Source of the DNA: Hydrurus foetidus
Taxonomy: Eukaryota
Direction: 5' to 3'
Assembly: GCA_900617105.1 (NCBI GenBank)
Contig: UYFQ01000797.1
Coordinates: 1-63,945 of the forward strand
DNA length: 63,945 bases
Below the pieces are notes generated by a model. That model saw nothing but the letters and a program-made list of their open reading frames with translations, was not told the DNA's origin and searched no databases. The translations under genes were made by a program, and so were the position numbers. Below, in pieces: positions 62,840 to 63,945 of this stretch (position 1 is the stretch's first letter; each line of letters opens with the position of its first letter).

Positions 62840-63945
62840 TAGAGTATAGATGCATGAGTTAGTATGGCTGAATGCATGAAAATGTAGAGTTGCATGAGAG
62901 TATAGGGTTGCACGGGTGAGTAGAGATGCTTGAGTGAGTATGGATGCATGAGTTAGTATGCTGGATGCATGAGAGTATAGGGTTGCATGGGTGAGTATGG
63001 CTGGATGCATGGGTGAGTATGGCTTGATGCATGGGTGAGTAGAGATGCTTGAGTGAGTATGGATACATGAGTGAGTATGCTGGATGCATGAGTGAATAGG
63101 GCTGGATGCATGAGATGTATGGCTGGATGCATGAGTGAGTATGGATGGATGAGTTAGTATGGCTGGATGCATGAGAGTATAGGGTTGCATGAGAGTATAG
63201 GGTTGCACGGGTGAGTAGAGATGCTAGAGTGAGTATGGATACATGAGTGAGTATGGCTGGATACACGAGAGTATAGGGTTGCATTGGTCAGTATGGCTAG
63301 ATGCATGAGTGAGTATGGATACATGAGTGAGTATGGCTGGATGCATGAGAGTATAGGGATGCATGGGTGAGTATGGCTGGATGCATGGGTGAGTAGAGAT
63401 GCATGAGTGGGTATGGATGGATGAGTGAGTATGGATGCATGAGTGAGTATGGCTGAATGCATGAAAATGTAGAGTTGCATGAGAGTATAGGGTTGCACGG
63501 GTGAGTAGAGATGCTTGAGTGAGTATGGATACATGAGTGAGTATGGCTGGATGCATGAGAGTATAGGGTTGCATGAGTGAGTAGGGATGCATGAGTGAGT
63601 AGAGATGCTTGAGTGAGTATGGATACATGAGTGAGTATGGCTGGATGCATGAGAGTATAGGGTTGCATGGGTGAGTATGGCTGGATGCATGAGTGTTTGG
63701 ATACATGAGTGAGTATGGCTGGATGCATGAGAGTATAGGGATGCATGGGTGAGTAGAGATGCATGAGTGAGTATGGGTGGATGAGTGAGTATGGATGCAT
63801 GAGTGAGTATGGCTGAATGCATGAAAATGTAGAGTTGCATGAGAGTATAGGGTTGCATGGGTGAGTAGAGATGCATAAAGTGAGTATGGATATATGAGTG
63901 AGTATGGCTGGATGCATGAGAGTGTAGGGATGCATGGGTGAGTAT
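62840..63945. repeat. Complex minisatellite of 18/22-bp units (GCATGAGTGAGTATGG[CTGG]AT and variants); runs off the right edge
   Basis: Read directly from the sequence; more degenerate copies extend back to about 62640. Confidence 0.95.

Noticed and set aside
62421..63935. His/Pro/Tyr-rich minus-strand ORFs
   Set aside because: Translations of the minisatellite, open in all three frames.

Overview
Intron-containing eukaryotic genomic DNA. It is inferred to come from a flagellated, plastid-bearing stramenopile (chrysophyte-like), based on bipartite plastid presequences and the IFT144 and CFAP57 genes. A gene-rich core (about 7-51 kb) holds a lumen-targeted CcmI-Ig-like protein, NOT2, WDR19/IFT144, CFAP57, WDR43/UTP5, a hypothetical protein, a lumen helical-bundle protein, plastid pyruvate dehydrogenase E2 and a two-LIM protein. 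Many host introns carry pentanucleotide microsatellites. Transposon islands flank the core. On the left are the 5' end of a Ty3/gypsy element and two decayed Mutator (MULE) transposases. On the right is an intron-containing MULE, interrupted by a full-length chromodomain Ty3/gypsy element with identical 224-bp LTRs and a 4-bp TSD, followed by a complex minisatellite. Two observations stand out. (1) Both LTR elements have a 12-bp perfect palindrome (AGTA-GATC-TACT and AGTA-AGCT-TACT) in place of a canonical tRNA primer-binding site, overlapping the last LTR base; this suggests a tRNA-independent priming or dimerisation mechanism. (2) The MULE transposase appears to splice in frame to a USP-fold cysteine protease with an intact Cys-His-Asp triad. 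All family calls come from manual motif recognition; no database search was run.
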